A DNA stretch of 64,000 bases from an uncultured delta proteobacterium (lineage in GTDB: Bacteria > Myxococcota > Myxococcia > Myxococcales > Anaeromyxobacteraceae): assembly GCA_963814585.1 (NCBI GenBank), contig CAWFDF010000010.1, positions 136,394-200,393 on the forward strand. Direction: 5' to 3'. Shown here in pieces: positions 35,324 through 44,063 of the stretch. The first letter of the stretch is position 1. Every line of letters starts with the position of its first letter. Position numbers and translations under genes: made by a program. The notes below the pieces were generated by a model. The model was not told where the DNA came from, did no database searches, and worked only from the letters and a program-made list of their open reading frames with translations.

Positions 35324-35908
35324 GTGACGCGCCGCCTAGGCTTCATCGCTCTGGAACCGATCCGGCCGAGAGGCGTCCTGCGCCGAACCTTCCGCCCCGG
35401 GCGCGCCGTGGCGCCGGCCGCGCCGCGAGCGCCGCTCCGGTGGGCGCTCCTGCTCGCGCTGCTGGCGGCCTGCGGAGGCGCGAGCCCCGAGCCCGAACTG
35501 CCGGCCGAGACCTGTCCCATCCCGGTGGCCATCGCCGCCCCGACCTTCTCCGGCAACGTCCTGCCCATGTTGCGAAGCACGTGCGGGGCCGCCGACGGCG
35601 CCACCTCCTGCCACGGCAAGTCGTCGCCGGCCGGGCACGTCTCCTACGCCGTCTCGCTCACCGCCGCCGAGGTCCACGCCAACTTGGTGGGCGTCGACCC
35701 GTCGAGCGCCCCGCTGGGCGCCGGCTGGAAGCGGGTGGCGGCCGGCGACGTGGCCCACTCCTGGCTCATCGAGAAGATCACCCGCGACGACCCCGGCGGC
35801 ACCGGCCAGGCCTTCGGAAACCGCATGCCCCTCGGCCTGCCCAACCTCTGCGCCCCGACCGTCCAGACCGTGAAGGCCTGGATCGAGCGGGGTGCCCTGA
35901 ACGAATAG
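35324..35908 (+). CDS. lipoprotein with c-type cytochrome-like domain (CX8CH), start uncertain
   Basis: Lipobox LAAC; CGAADGATSCH, RMP, WIERGA pattern. Confidence 0.65.
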   Translation: MTRRLGFIALEPIRPRGVLRRTFRPGRAVAPAAPRAPLRWALLLALLAACGGASPEPELPAETCPIPVAIAAPTFSGNVLPMLRSTCGAADGATSCHGKSSPAGHVSYAVSLTAAEVHANLVGVDPSSAPLGAGWKRVAAGDVAHSWLIEKITRDDPGGTGQAFGNRMPLGLPNLCAPTVQTVKAWIERGALNE

Positions 35909-35930
35909 CTCGAACCACCAGGAGGCGACC

Positions 35931-37582
35931 GTGGCCGACCTCGCCCCCATCGACGCCTGGACCGCCGACGACGTCCTCCACTTCGCGCGGCGCGCCGGCT
36001 TCGGCCTCTCGCCGGAGGCGGCCGCGGCGCTGGCCGGCCAGGCTCCCGGCGCCGCCATCGACGCCTGGGTGGACGGCACCGGCGTGGACCTCACCGCCTT
36101 CGACGCGGCGCTGGCCCACGCCGACCCGGTGGACGAGCCGCAGCGCGGCTCCGCGCCCGACCTGGCGCCGGCGGTGGCCGGGCCGCACCGCTACCTGGTG
36201 GACGGCGCCGACGCCTGGCGCAACGACCTGGCGCGGGCCCAGGCCTACCTCGCCTTCCGCATGCAGTACGCCCCCCATGCCATGCCGGAGCGGATGGCGC
36301 TCTTCTGGCACAACTTCTTCGCCACCGGGCACGCCAAGGTGGACAGCACGGCACTCATGCTGCAGCAGGTGGAGACGCTGCGCGCCAGCGGCCTGGCCCG
36401 CTTCGCCGACCTGCTCACGGCGGTGTCCAAGGACCCGGCCATGGCGCTCTGGCTCGACTCGGTCCGCAACCGGGCCGACGGGTCCAACCTGCCCAACGAG
36501 AACTACGCGCGCGAGGCCATGGAGCTCTACTCGCTGGGGGCCGACAACGGCTACAACCAGCAGGACATCACCCAGCTGGCCCGCGCCCTCGCCGGCTGGA
36601 GCTTCACGGTGCGCGAGGCCGACCTGGTGCGCGATCCCACCAGCGCCACGCGCCGGGTGGCCGCCCGCGGCACCTTCCGCGTCTACGACGGCTCGCCGGT
36701 GAGCGGGGAGTACCGCTGGGACAATCTCGGCGCCGCCACGCCGCCCACGTCGCTGCCCAACCGGCGCGGCAACGGGGCCGTCACCTTCCTCGGCCAGGCC
36801 TTCCCCGACATCGGGGTGGCCGCCCCCGGGCTGGAGAAGGGCGAGGACGTGCTCCGCTCCATCGTCTCCTCGCGCGGGACGCAGGCCGCCCAGTTCCTGG
36901 CGCGCCGGCTGGTGCTCCACTTCGTCACCGGCGCCCCGGTCCAGGCCGACCTCGACCAGGTGGCCACGCTGATCCAGGTCGACGCCGGCTTCGACCTGCG
37001 GGTGGCGCTCAGGTCGCTGCTCAAGAGCCGCTGGTTCTTCGACCCGGCCAGCCGCTTCGCCCTGGTGGAGGGGCCGGTCTCCTGGGCGGTGCGCGCCGCC
37101 CGGGCGCTCGGCCACGACCTGGCCTCGGCCGACGCAGGCACCGCCGCCGCCAACCGCTTCCCGGCCTGGGCGCAGCTGGTCTCCACCTTCGACTTCGCCG
37201 GGATGCGCCTGCTCAATCCGGCCGGCCCCAACGGCTGGCACGAGGACCTGGCCTGGCTCAACTCCAACACCGTCCGCTACCGGACCAAGCTGGCCTCGGC
37301 GCTGGCGCTCGGCGAGACCTTCACCCAGGGTGGCACGGCGCGCGCCCTGGTGCCCACCGACGTGGCGGCCTGGTTCCCCACCGCTCCCACCACCCCGCAG
37401 CAGGTGCTCGACCGGGTGATGGCGCTGCTGCAGCCGGCCCCATCCCGGCGGCGGTGCAGGCCGACTGGCTGGCGCGGCTCTGGCCCGCCGGGGCCGCCTT
37501 CGCCTGGGACGCCGCCGCCCAGGCCGGCGCCCGGCAGCTGGCCTTCCTGGTCCTCTGCTCCCCCGCCGGCCAGCTCTACTAG
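35931..37582 (+). CDS. DUF1800 family protein, one apparent -1 frameshift near 37440
   Basis: RRAGFG, ERMALFWHNFFATG, DPAMALWLD, PNENYAREAMELYSLG; C-terminus ...LVLCSPAGQLY in shifted frame. Confidence 0.88.
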
Positions 37583-37593
37583 GAGAGATCGCC

Positions 37594-38934
37594 ATGGCCC
37601 TCACCCGCCGCCGCTTCCTGCAGGGCATGACCGCCGCCGGCGCCGCCGCGCTGGGGCTCCCCGGCTGCGCGCCCGAGGACCGGGTGCTCGAGCCGGCCCT
37701 CCCACGCCCGCAGAAGCCCATCCTGGTCGTCGTCAACCTCGACGGCGGCAACGACTTCCTCAACATGCTGCCGCCCACCGCCGGGCGGAACCGCTCGGTG
37801 TACGAGCAGCGGCGACCCACCCTGGCGGTGCCGGCCGCGCAGCTCGTCGAGATCGGCCAGGGCGCCGGCCTGAACGCCGACTTTTCCGGCATGAGCCTGC
37901 TCTCGGACCGGGGGCGGGTGGCCTGGATCCCCGGCATCGGCATGAACAACCCCAACCTCTCCCACTTCGTCTCCACCGACCTGTGGGGCCAGGGCTCGGC
38001 CCAGCCGGCCGGCACCGGCTGGCTGGGGCGCTTCGCCGAGACCGCCTTCGCGCCGGCCGGCGACGTGCTGCGCGGCATCTCGGTCACCAACGACCTGCCG
38101 GTGATGCTGCGCGGCCAGGCGCGCAGCTTCGTCTCCATCACCGGCTCGAGCGGCTTCGTCTACCCGGCCTCGCTGCGCAATGGCCGGCTCGGCGCCCCGT
38201 GGGACGCGGCGCTGCTGCAGGCCGGCTTCGACGTCGCGGCGACCACGGCCAGCCCCGGCGGCCCGCCCGGCTACGCGGTGGCGGCGCAGGTGAGCAAGTC
38301 CTTCCTCGAGGCCACCCGCAGCTTCGGCGTGGACGGCACGCTGCCCGCCCGCACCCCGTCGGTGCCCTACCCGGGCGAGGCGGCCTACCCGCTGCGCCGG
38401 CTCGACGGCGGCGCGCTCTCCAGCGGCCTGGCGCGCCAGCTCAAGCTGGTGGCGCAGATGATCGCCAGCGGCGTCGACGGCGAGATCTACTTCACGCGGG
38501 TGGGCGGCTTCGACACCCACGCCAACCAGGCCGTCGACCACGCCAACCTGATGCGGGCGGTGGGCGGCGCCATCTCCGCCTTCTACGACGACCTGGCCTC
38601 GATCGGGACCGCCAGCGGAAACGCCCAGGACCGGACCATGATCCTGGCCTGGAGCGAGTTCGGCCGGCGCGTCCAGCAGAACGACAACGGCACCGACCAC
38701 GGCACGGCCGGCCTGGCCTTCTGCGTGGGGCGCGGGGTGAAGGGCGGCTTCTACGGCGCCTACCCCGACCTCGCCGACCTCGACGGCAACGGCAACCTGC
38801 GCTTCACCGTCGACTACCGCAGCCTCTACGCCACCACGCTGGAGCGCTGGCTGGGACTGGGGGCGGCCGAGACCGACGCCCTGCTGGCGCAGGGGGCGGC
38901 GGTGCCGCCGTATCCGAGGCTGGGGTTCCTGTAA
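37594..38934 (+). CDS. DUF1501 family protein, Tat-exported, possibly lipoprotein
   Basis: TRRRFLQ Tat motif plus LPGC, LDGGND, GGFDTHANQ, SEFGRR, GTDHG, TVDYRSLY. Confidence 0.92.
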   Translation: MALTRRRFLQGMTAAGAAALGLPGCAPEDRVLEPALPRPQKPILVVVNLDGGNDFLNMLPPTAGRNRSVYEQRRPTLAVPAAQLVEIGQGAGLNADFSGMSLLSDRGRVAWIPGIGMNNPNLSHFVSTDLWGQGSAQPAGTGWLGRFAETAFAPAGDVLRGISVTNDLPVMLRGQARSFVSITGSSGFVYPASLRNGRLGAPWDAALLQAGFDVAATTASPGGPPGYAVAAQVSKSFLEATRSFGVDGTLPARTPSVPYPGEAAYPLRRLDGGALSSGLARQLKLVAQMIASGVDGEIYFTRVGGFDTHANQAVDHANLMRAVGGAISAFYDDLASIGTASGNAQDRTMILAWSEFGRRVQQNDNGTDHGTAGLAFCVGRGVKGGFYGAYPDLADLDGNGNLRFTVDYRSLYATTLERWLGLGAAETDALLAQGAAVPPYPRLGFL

Positions 38935-38971
38935 GGTCTCGGCCAGGGACAAGGACCGGAGGGGATCGACC

Positions 38972-39268
38972 ATGGCGCGCGAGACGACGGCGGCCCCGGG
39001 GTGGTCGGGAGGCCTGCTGCTGCTGACCCTGCTGGTGGTGGCCGCGAGCGGCTGCGCGCACCAGCCGCCGCCGGTGCTGCCCGGGGTGCCGGGCTTCTTC
39101 TCCGGCCTGCTCCACGGGTTCCTCATCCTGGTGAGCCTGGTGGGGAGCATCTTCACCGACGTCCGGGTCTACGCCTTCCCGAACTCGGGGTTCTTCTACG
39201 ACCTCGGCTTCGCCATCGGCGCCAGCGCCATGCTGGGCGGCGGCGCGCACACGGCGCGGCGGCGTTAG
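38972..39268 (+). CDS. small membrane protein / lipoprotein, unknown function
   Basis: ASGC lipobox, GFFSGLLHG...YDLGF hydrophobic pattern, SD GGAGG. Confidence 0.75.
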   Translation: MARETTAAPGWSGGLLLLTLLVVAASGCAHQPPPVLPGVPGFFSGLLHGFLILVSLVGSIFTDVRVYAFPNSGFFYDLGFAIGASAMLGGGAHTARRR

Positions 39269-39285
39269 TGCCGCGCCTGGACCGC

Positions 39286-39474
39286 TCAGAGCTCCCCGGC
39301 CCGCATCCGCTGCCAGATCTCGCGGCGCTCCGGGCTGAGGAAGTCGGAGGTGAGCCTCCAGGCGTCGTGGAGCCAGCGGAGCTTCTGCTCGGGCGTGAGC
39401 GCGAGGTAGGCGCGCAGCTCGTCGTCCGTGTGGTGGTGAGAGAAGCCTCGGGTGGCGCCGTCAGCGCTGGCCAC
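39286..39474 (-). CDS. 62-aa hypothetical protein (LTPEQKLRWL-type small protein)
   Basis: Very strong SD; helical small-protein sequence. Confidence 0.65.
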   Translation of the reverse strand: MASADGATRGFSHHHTDDELRAYLALTPEQKLRWLHDAWRLTSDFLSPERREIWQRMRAGEL

Positions 39475-39571
39475 GGATCACCTCCTGGACGCGCCGCAGC
39501 TCGTCCACGCCGGGAGCTGAGCAGGGTGGCGCCTGGCCTGCCCCCCGCCCGGTCGTGGTACGGATCCGGCC

Positions 39572-40743
39572 ATGACCCCAGCCGCCGAGTGCTCCCGCCG
39601 CGTCGCCGCCCTCCAGGAGGCGCTGGCCGCCCGCGGGCTGGACGGGGCGCTGATCCTCCAGGCCGTCGACGTCCTCTGGCTCTCGGGAACGCGCCAGAAC
39701 GCGGCCCTGTGGGTGCCGGCCGGGGGAGAGCCGGCGCTGCTGGTGCGCAAGAGCCTGGAGCGGGCCCGGTCCGAGAGCCCGCTGGCGCGGGTGCTGGCGT
39801 TCCCGCCCTCGAGGGAGCTGGCCGGCGTGATCGGCGCGCGCGCGGCGCCTCGGCCTCACGCTCGACGTGGTGCCGGTGGCGGTGCAGCAGTTCTGGAGCA
39901 AGGCGCTGCCGGGCGTCGAGTGGACCGACGTCTCCATGGTGGTGCGCGAGCTGCGCAGCGTGAAGTCGGCGTGGGAGCTCACGCAGATGCGCGCCCCGGC
40001 CCGGCTCCTCTCCGGCGTGCTCCGCGAGCTGCCGTCCTTCCTGCGCCCGGAGCTGCGCGAGGTGGACGTGGCCGCCGAGATCGAGGTGCGGATGCGCCGG
40101 GCCGGCAACGAGGGGAGCCCGCGGGTGCGCGGCCTTCAACCAGGAGTTCTTCATGGGGCTGGCCCTGGCCGGCGGCTCGGCCGGCGCGCCCAGCTACTTC
40201 GACGGGCCGGTCACCGGCCGCGGCCTCTCGCCCTCGTCGCCGCTGGGTGCGTCGGTCGAGCCCATCGGCCGCGACGTGCCGGTGCTGCTCGACTACACCG
40301 CCATCACCGGCGGCTACATCACCGACATGACCCGCATCGCCGTCTGCGGAACGCTGGCGCCGGAGCTGCGGCGCGCCTTCGACGTGGCGCGGGCCATCCA
40401 GGACGTGGTCGCGGCCGGCCTGGTGCCCGGCGCGGTGCCGAGCCGGCTCTTCGCGCTGGCGCGGGAGCGGGCCGAGGCCGCCGGGCTCGGCGACCGGTTC
40501 ATGGGGCCGCCGGGCGCGCAGGCCCGCTTCGTCGGCCACGGCATCGGCATGGAGCTCGACGAGGTGCCGGTGCTGGCGCCCGGCTTCGACGCGCCGCTGC
40601 GCGCCGGCATGACCCTGGCCGTCGAGCCCAAGTTCGTCTTCCCCGGCCTGGGCGTGGTCGGCATCGAGAACACCTTCGCGGTGGGCGAGGGCGGCGGCGA
40701 GCGGTTCAGCGACCTGCCCGACGACCTGATCGCGGTGGGGTGA
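39572..40743 (+). CDS. M24 family Xaa-Pro peptidase, two apparent +1 frameshifts near 39845 and 40130
   Basis: LRSVKSAWE, LLDY..GYITDMTR, GHGIGMELDE, AVEPK, GIENT. Confidence 0.88.
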
Positions 40744-40820
40744 TCCCGGGAGTCGGCAGGCGGCGGCCCGTGCCGGCACTCCCGGCCGCGCGCGAGCCCG
40801 GCCAGCGCGCCGACGCGAGC

Positions 40821-41396
40821 TCAGCGCGCCAGGGCGAAGGAGAGCTCGAGCAGGGCGTCGGCCCGGCAGCGGACGGAGCGGCGCTCCAGCCGGAAGCCGC
40901 GCCGCTCGACGCGCACCTCGACCTCCTGGCCCGGGGCGCAGTCGACCGTGGTCACGATGGGCGTCTCCCCGACCTCGCTCCCGTCCACCAGCACGCGCGC
41001 GCCCGGCGGGGTCGACTCGACCGAGAGGCCGAAGCCCACGAACGGCGCCACCCGCTCCCCGTCCGCGGTGGCGCGGGCCTGACGTGGCGCGAAGGTCGTG
41101 GACGCGGCCAGGTTCCGCTGCTGGAGCCGCGCCGCCTCCAGCCCGGCTGCGCCGGCGGCCTCGATCTGGGCCGGGCTCGGCGCCTCGGGGAGGCGCGGAG
41201 GCGCAGGCGCGCCGGCCGGCCCCGCGGCGCCATCGGGCGCGGCGAGGGAGAGGCCGGCAGGAATGGCGGGGCGCCCGGTCCGGAGCCGCTCCAGCACCCA
41301 CGGCATGGCTGCGGCCGCCAGGACCAGGGGAGCCACCAGCAGGATGGCCCTGCGGGTGAAGCGTCCGGCAGACGGGGTGCGGTCGTCGAGCGCCAT
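40821..41396 (-). CDS. membrane-anchored PEGA domain protein
   Basis: N-terminal TM helix; LSVESTPPGARVLVDG..VGETP. Confidence 0.8.
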   Translation of the reverse strand: MALDDRTPSAGRFTRRAILLVAPLVLAAAAMPWVLERLRTGRPAIPAGLSLAAPDGAAGPAGAPAPPRLPEAPSPAQIEAAGAAGLEAARLQQRNLAASTTFAPRQARATADGERVAPFVGFGLSVESTPPGARVLVDGSEVGETPIVTTVDCAPGQEVEVRVERRGFRLERRSVRCRADALLELSFALAR

Positions 41397-41559
41397 GCTC
41401 GCCGAGCGTAGCAGACGCCGGGGAGCGACGGCGTCCCCGGTGTGCCGCCCGACGCCGGGCGCCCGGGACGCCTGCCGTGACGCCAACCGGCCGTGGACCT
41501 CGCTCCAAGGCCGGTCGCTCCGCGAGCCTCGCCGGAACTCGTCTAGAATGTCGCGCCCC

Positions 41560-43057
41560 ATGACGCCCGCTCGCCTCGCCCGGTCGGCCGCCCCCGTCGC
41601 GCTGCTGCTCTACGTGCTCGGCCTCTACGCGGCCACCGCCCTGCTCCAGGACGGCCTCTTCGAGCGCGACGGCTACTACCACGCGCGGCTGGCGCAGCTC
41701 CTGCCGGAGCGCGGGCTCTCCCGGACCTTCCCGTGGACCCAGCTGAGCACCTGGAAGGACGGCTACTGCGACAAGGAGATCCTCTACCACGCGGCCATGG
41801 CCCCGCTGGCGCGGCTCGGGCCCGAGCCAATCCTCGGCGCGCGCCTCCTCTCGGTGCTGCTGGCGGTGGCGGTGGTGGCGACGCTGTTCCTCCTGCTGCG
41901 CGCCCACGGCGTGCCGTGGCCGGCCTTCTTCGCGGCCCTGCCGCTGGCGGCCGGCGGCCTGTTCCTGGCCCGGCTGGGCATGATCCGGTCGCACGTCCTG
42001 AGCATGCTGCTGCTGCTGGTGGGGGTGCACCTCATGCTGCGGCGGCGGTGGCGCGGGCTGCTGGTGCTCGGCTTCGCCTACGCCTGGTGCTACACGGTGC
42101 CCTTCGTCCTGGTGCTCACGGCGGCCCCGTTCGCGCTCGGCGCCTGGCTCGGGAAGGGCGGGCTGGACTGGCGGTCGGTGCTGGCGGCCGGGGCCGGGGC
42201 GGTGCTCGGGCTGGTGGTGCACCCCTACTCGCCGCTGACGCTCGAGACCTTCCTCACCCTGGTCCAGATCCTCCGCATCGGGCTGGCCGGGGCGAGGCAG
42301 TCGGGCTTCGAGCTGGGCAACGAGATCTACCCGTACCCGCTGCCGGTCTTCTTCGACATCTACCCCGCCATCGTCATCGGCGTCCCGGTGCTGGGGCTGG
42401 TGGCGGCGGCGCGCTGGCGCCGGCTCTCGGCGGAGGCCACCGGCATGCTGGCGGCCTCGGCCTTCTGGCTCGCCATGACCACGGCGTCGGCCCGCTTCGT
42501 CGAGTACCTGGTGCTGCTGCTGGCGGTGGCCGCCGCCCTGGTGGCGCGCGACCTGCGGCGCGAGCCGGGCGCCCTGTCGGCGTGGCTCGGCCGGGACCGC
42601 TGGCGGCGCTGGGCCGGCGCGCTGCTGGCGCTCGGCCTGCTGGCCGGCTTCCACGCCCGCTCCATGAGGTTCTACGTCCACTACCAGTCCAAGGCCGCGC
42701 CGCCGCGCTTCTTCGACGGGGCCGGGGCCTGGATGGCGCGCCACCTGGCGCCGGGCGAGACCGTCATCAACCTCTACTGGGACGACTTCCCCGACCTGTT
42801 CTACTCGGCGCCGCGCCAGCGCTTCCTGTGGGGGCTGGACCCCACCTTCAGCCTCCGCTTCGACCCCGAGCGCGCCATGCTGCTGGAGCGCACCCGCCGC
42901 GGCGACGTCGCGCCCGATCCCGCCCTGCTGGCCGAGACCTTCCAGGCGCGCTACCTGGTGCTCCGCGCCAGCCGGGACGCCTACCCGGCGCTGCGGGTCC
43001 GCCCCTCGCGCGAGGTCTACCGGGACGATCTGGCGGTGGTGTACCGGCTCGGGGTAG
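41560..43057 (+). CDS. polytopic membrane protein, GT-C glycosyltransferase-like; 3' end uncertain
   Basis: Many TM segments, DGYYHARLA. A TAG at 43055-43057 lies one base out of frame after GGGG; otherwise the ORF runs to 43365 into the convergent lysE gene. Confidence 0.7.
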
Positions 43058-43208
43058 CCCGCGCGCGGCCCTGGCCATGGGCCATCGTACCGCGCCCTCT
43101 CCCGCCGCCACCCGCCCCGTTCACGGTGCGCCTCCGTCCGCTCGCACTTCGCCCATGGTGTGGGCGCCGGACGAGCCTGGCCAGGTCGACCGGCCAGGGA
43201 GAAGGCGG

Positions 43209-43814
43209 TCACCCCAGCACCGCCCGCCCGAGCTGCGTCAGGCCGAGCAGGAGGAAGGCCGCTGCTGAGACCCCGGCCAGCGCGCGAGCCACGCCCGGCC
43301 CGAGCCGGCCCACCGCGCCGAAGAGGATCAGCAGCGCGGCGTTGGTGGAGACGAGCGAGAGGTAGAAGCCGGCCAGGAAGGCCGCCGCGCCGCCCGGCGC
43401 CTCGCGCAGCGCCACCGCCAGGGTGGGGCCTCCCACCAGGCTCCAGAAGATCCAGACGTTGGGGTTGGTCAGGTTGACCAGCACGGCGCTCCAGAAGCCG
43501 CGGGTGGGCGCGGCGACCTCCTCGCCGGCGGGGCGCGGCGGCCGCAGCAAGTCGCGCACACCGGTGGCGCCCATCCAGACCAGCAGCCCGCCGCCGGCCA
43601 CCTGCAGGGCGGTGAGGAGGCCGGCCGGCAGGCCGGAGAGCGCCAGCAGGCAGGCCAGGATGACCGCCGGGTCGGAGACCAGCGGCACCAGCGAGAGGTG
43701 GAGCGAGCGGCGCGGGCCGACCCGGGCGGCGCTCTGCAGCAGGAAGGCCTGGAACGGACCCGGCGAGGCGGCCGCCGGGAACCCGAGGCCGAGCCCCTGG
43801 AGGAGGAGGAACAC
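43209..43814 (-). CDS. LysE family translocator
   Basis: ASPGP, LVSD, VNLTNPNVWIFW motifs; hydrophobic. Confidence 0.85.
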   Translation of the reverse strand: MFLLLQGLGLGFPAAASPGPFQAFLLQSAARVGPRRSLHLSLVPLVSDPAVILACLLALSGLPAGLLTALQVAGGGLLVWMGATGVRDLLRPPRPAGEEVAAPTRGFWSAVLVNLTNPNVWIFWSLVGGPTLAVALREAPGGAAAFLAGFYLSLVSTNAALLILFGAVGRLGPGVARALAGVSAAAFLLLGLTQLGRAVLG

Positions 43815-43847
43815 GACGAGAGGTATGCCCCGCCCGCGGCGGCGCGT

Positions 43848-43875
43848 CGAGTGGCGCGCCGAGTGGCGCGCCGAG
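43848..43875. repeat. 12-bp direct tandem repeat CGAGTGGCGCGC x2.3
   Basis: Read directly, upstream of lysE. Confidence 0.7.
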
Positions 43876-43986
43876 GAGGCCGGGCTCCGGGGAACCGCTC
43901 CCGGTGGACGATCGCTGGCGTGGCGCCCGGGGGCGGCCGCGGGGCATCGGGCGCCCGGGCGGGTGTCACGTTTCCACCGACCGCCG

Positions 43987-44057
43987 CTCCACGAAAGGGG
44001 TAAAGATGTCGGAGGGCGTCGGCAGGCGCTCCCCCAACCTGCCCTCCACGAAAGGGG
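43987..44057 (+). repeat. 14-bp direct repeat CTCCACGAAAGGGG x2 in the 5'-nucleotidase leader
   Basis: Copies at 43987-44000 and 44044-44057. Confidence 0.8.
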
Positions 44058-44063
44058 AATCGC

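Noticed and set aside
35931..39026. Apparent 1031-aa DUF1800 fusion ORF
   Set aside because: Artefact of a -1 indel near 37440; the real C-terminus ends at 37582 and DUF1501 is a separate gene
39475..39486. 16S rRNA fragment
   Set aside because: Only 12 nt match; flanks are not rRNA, and the match is explained as a minus-strand SD
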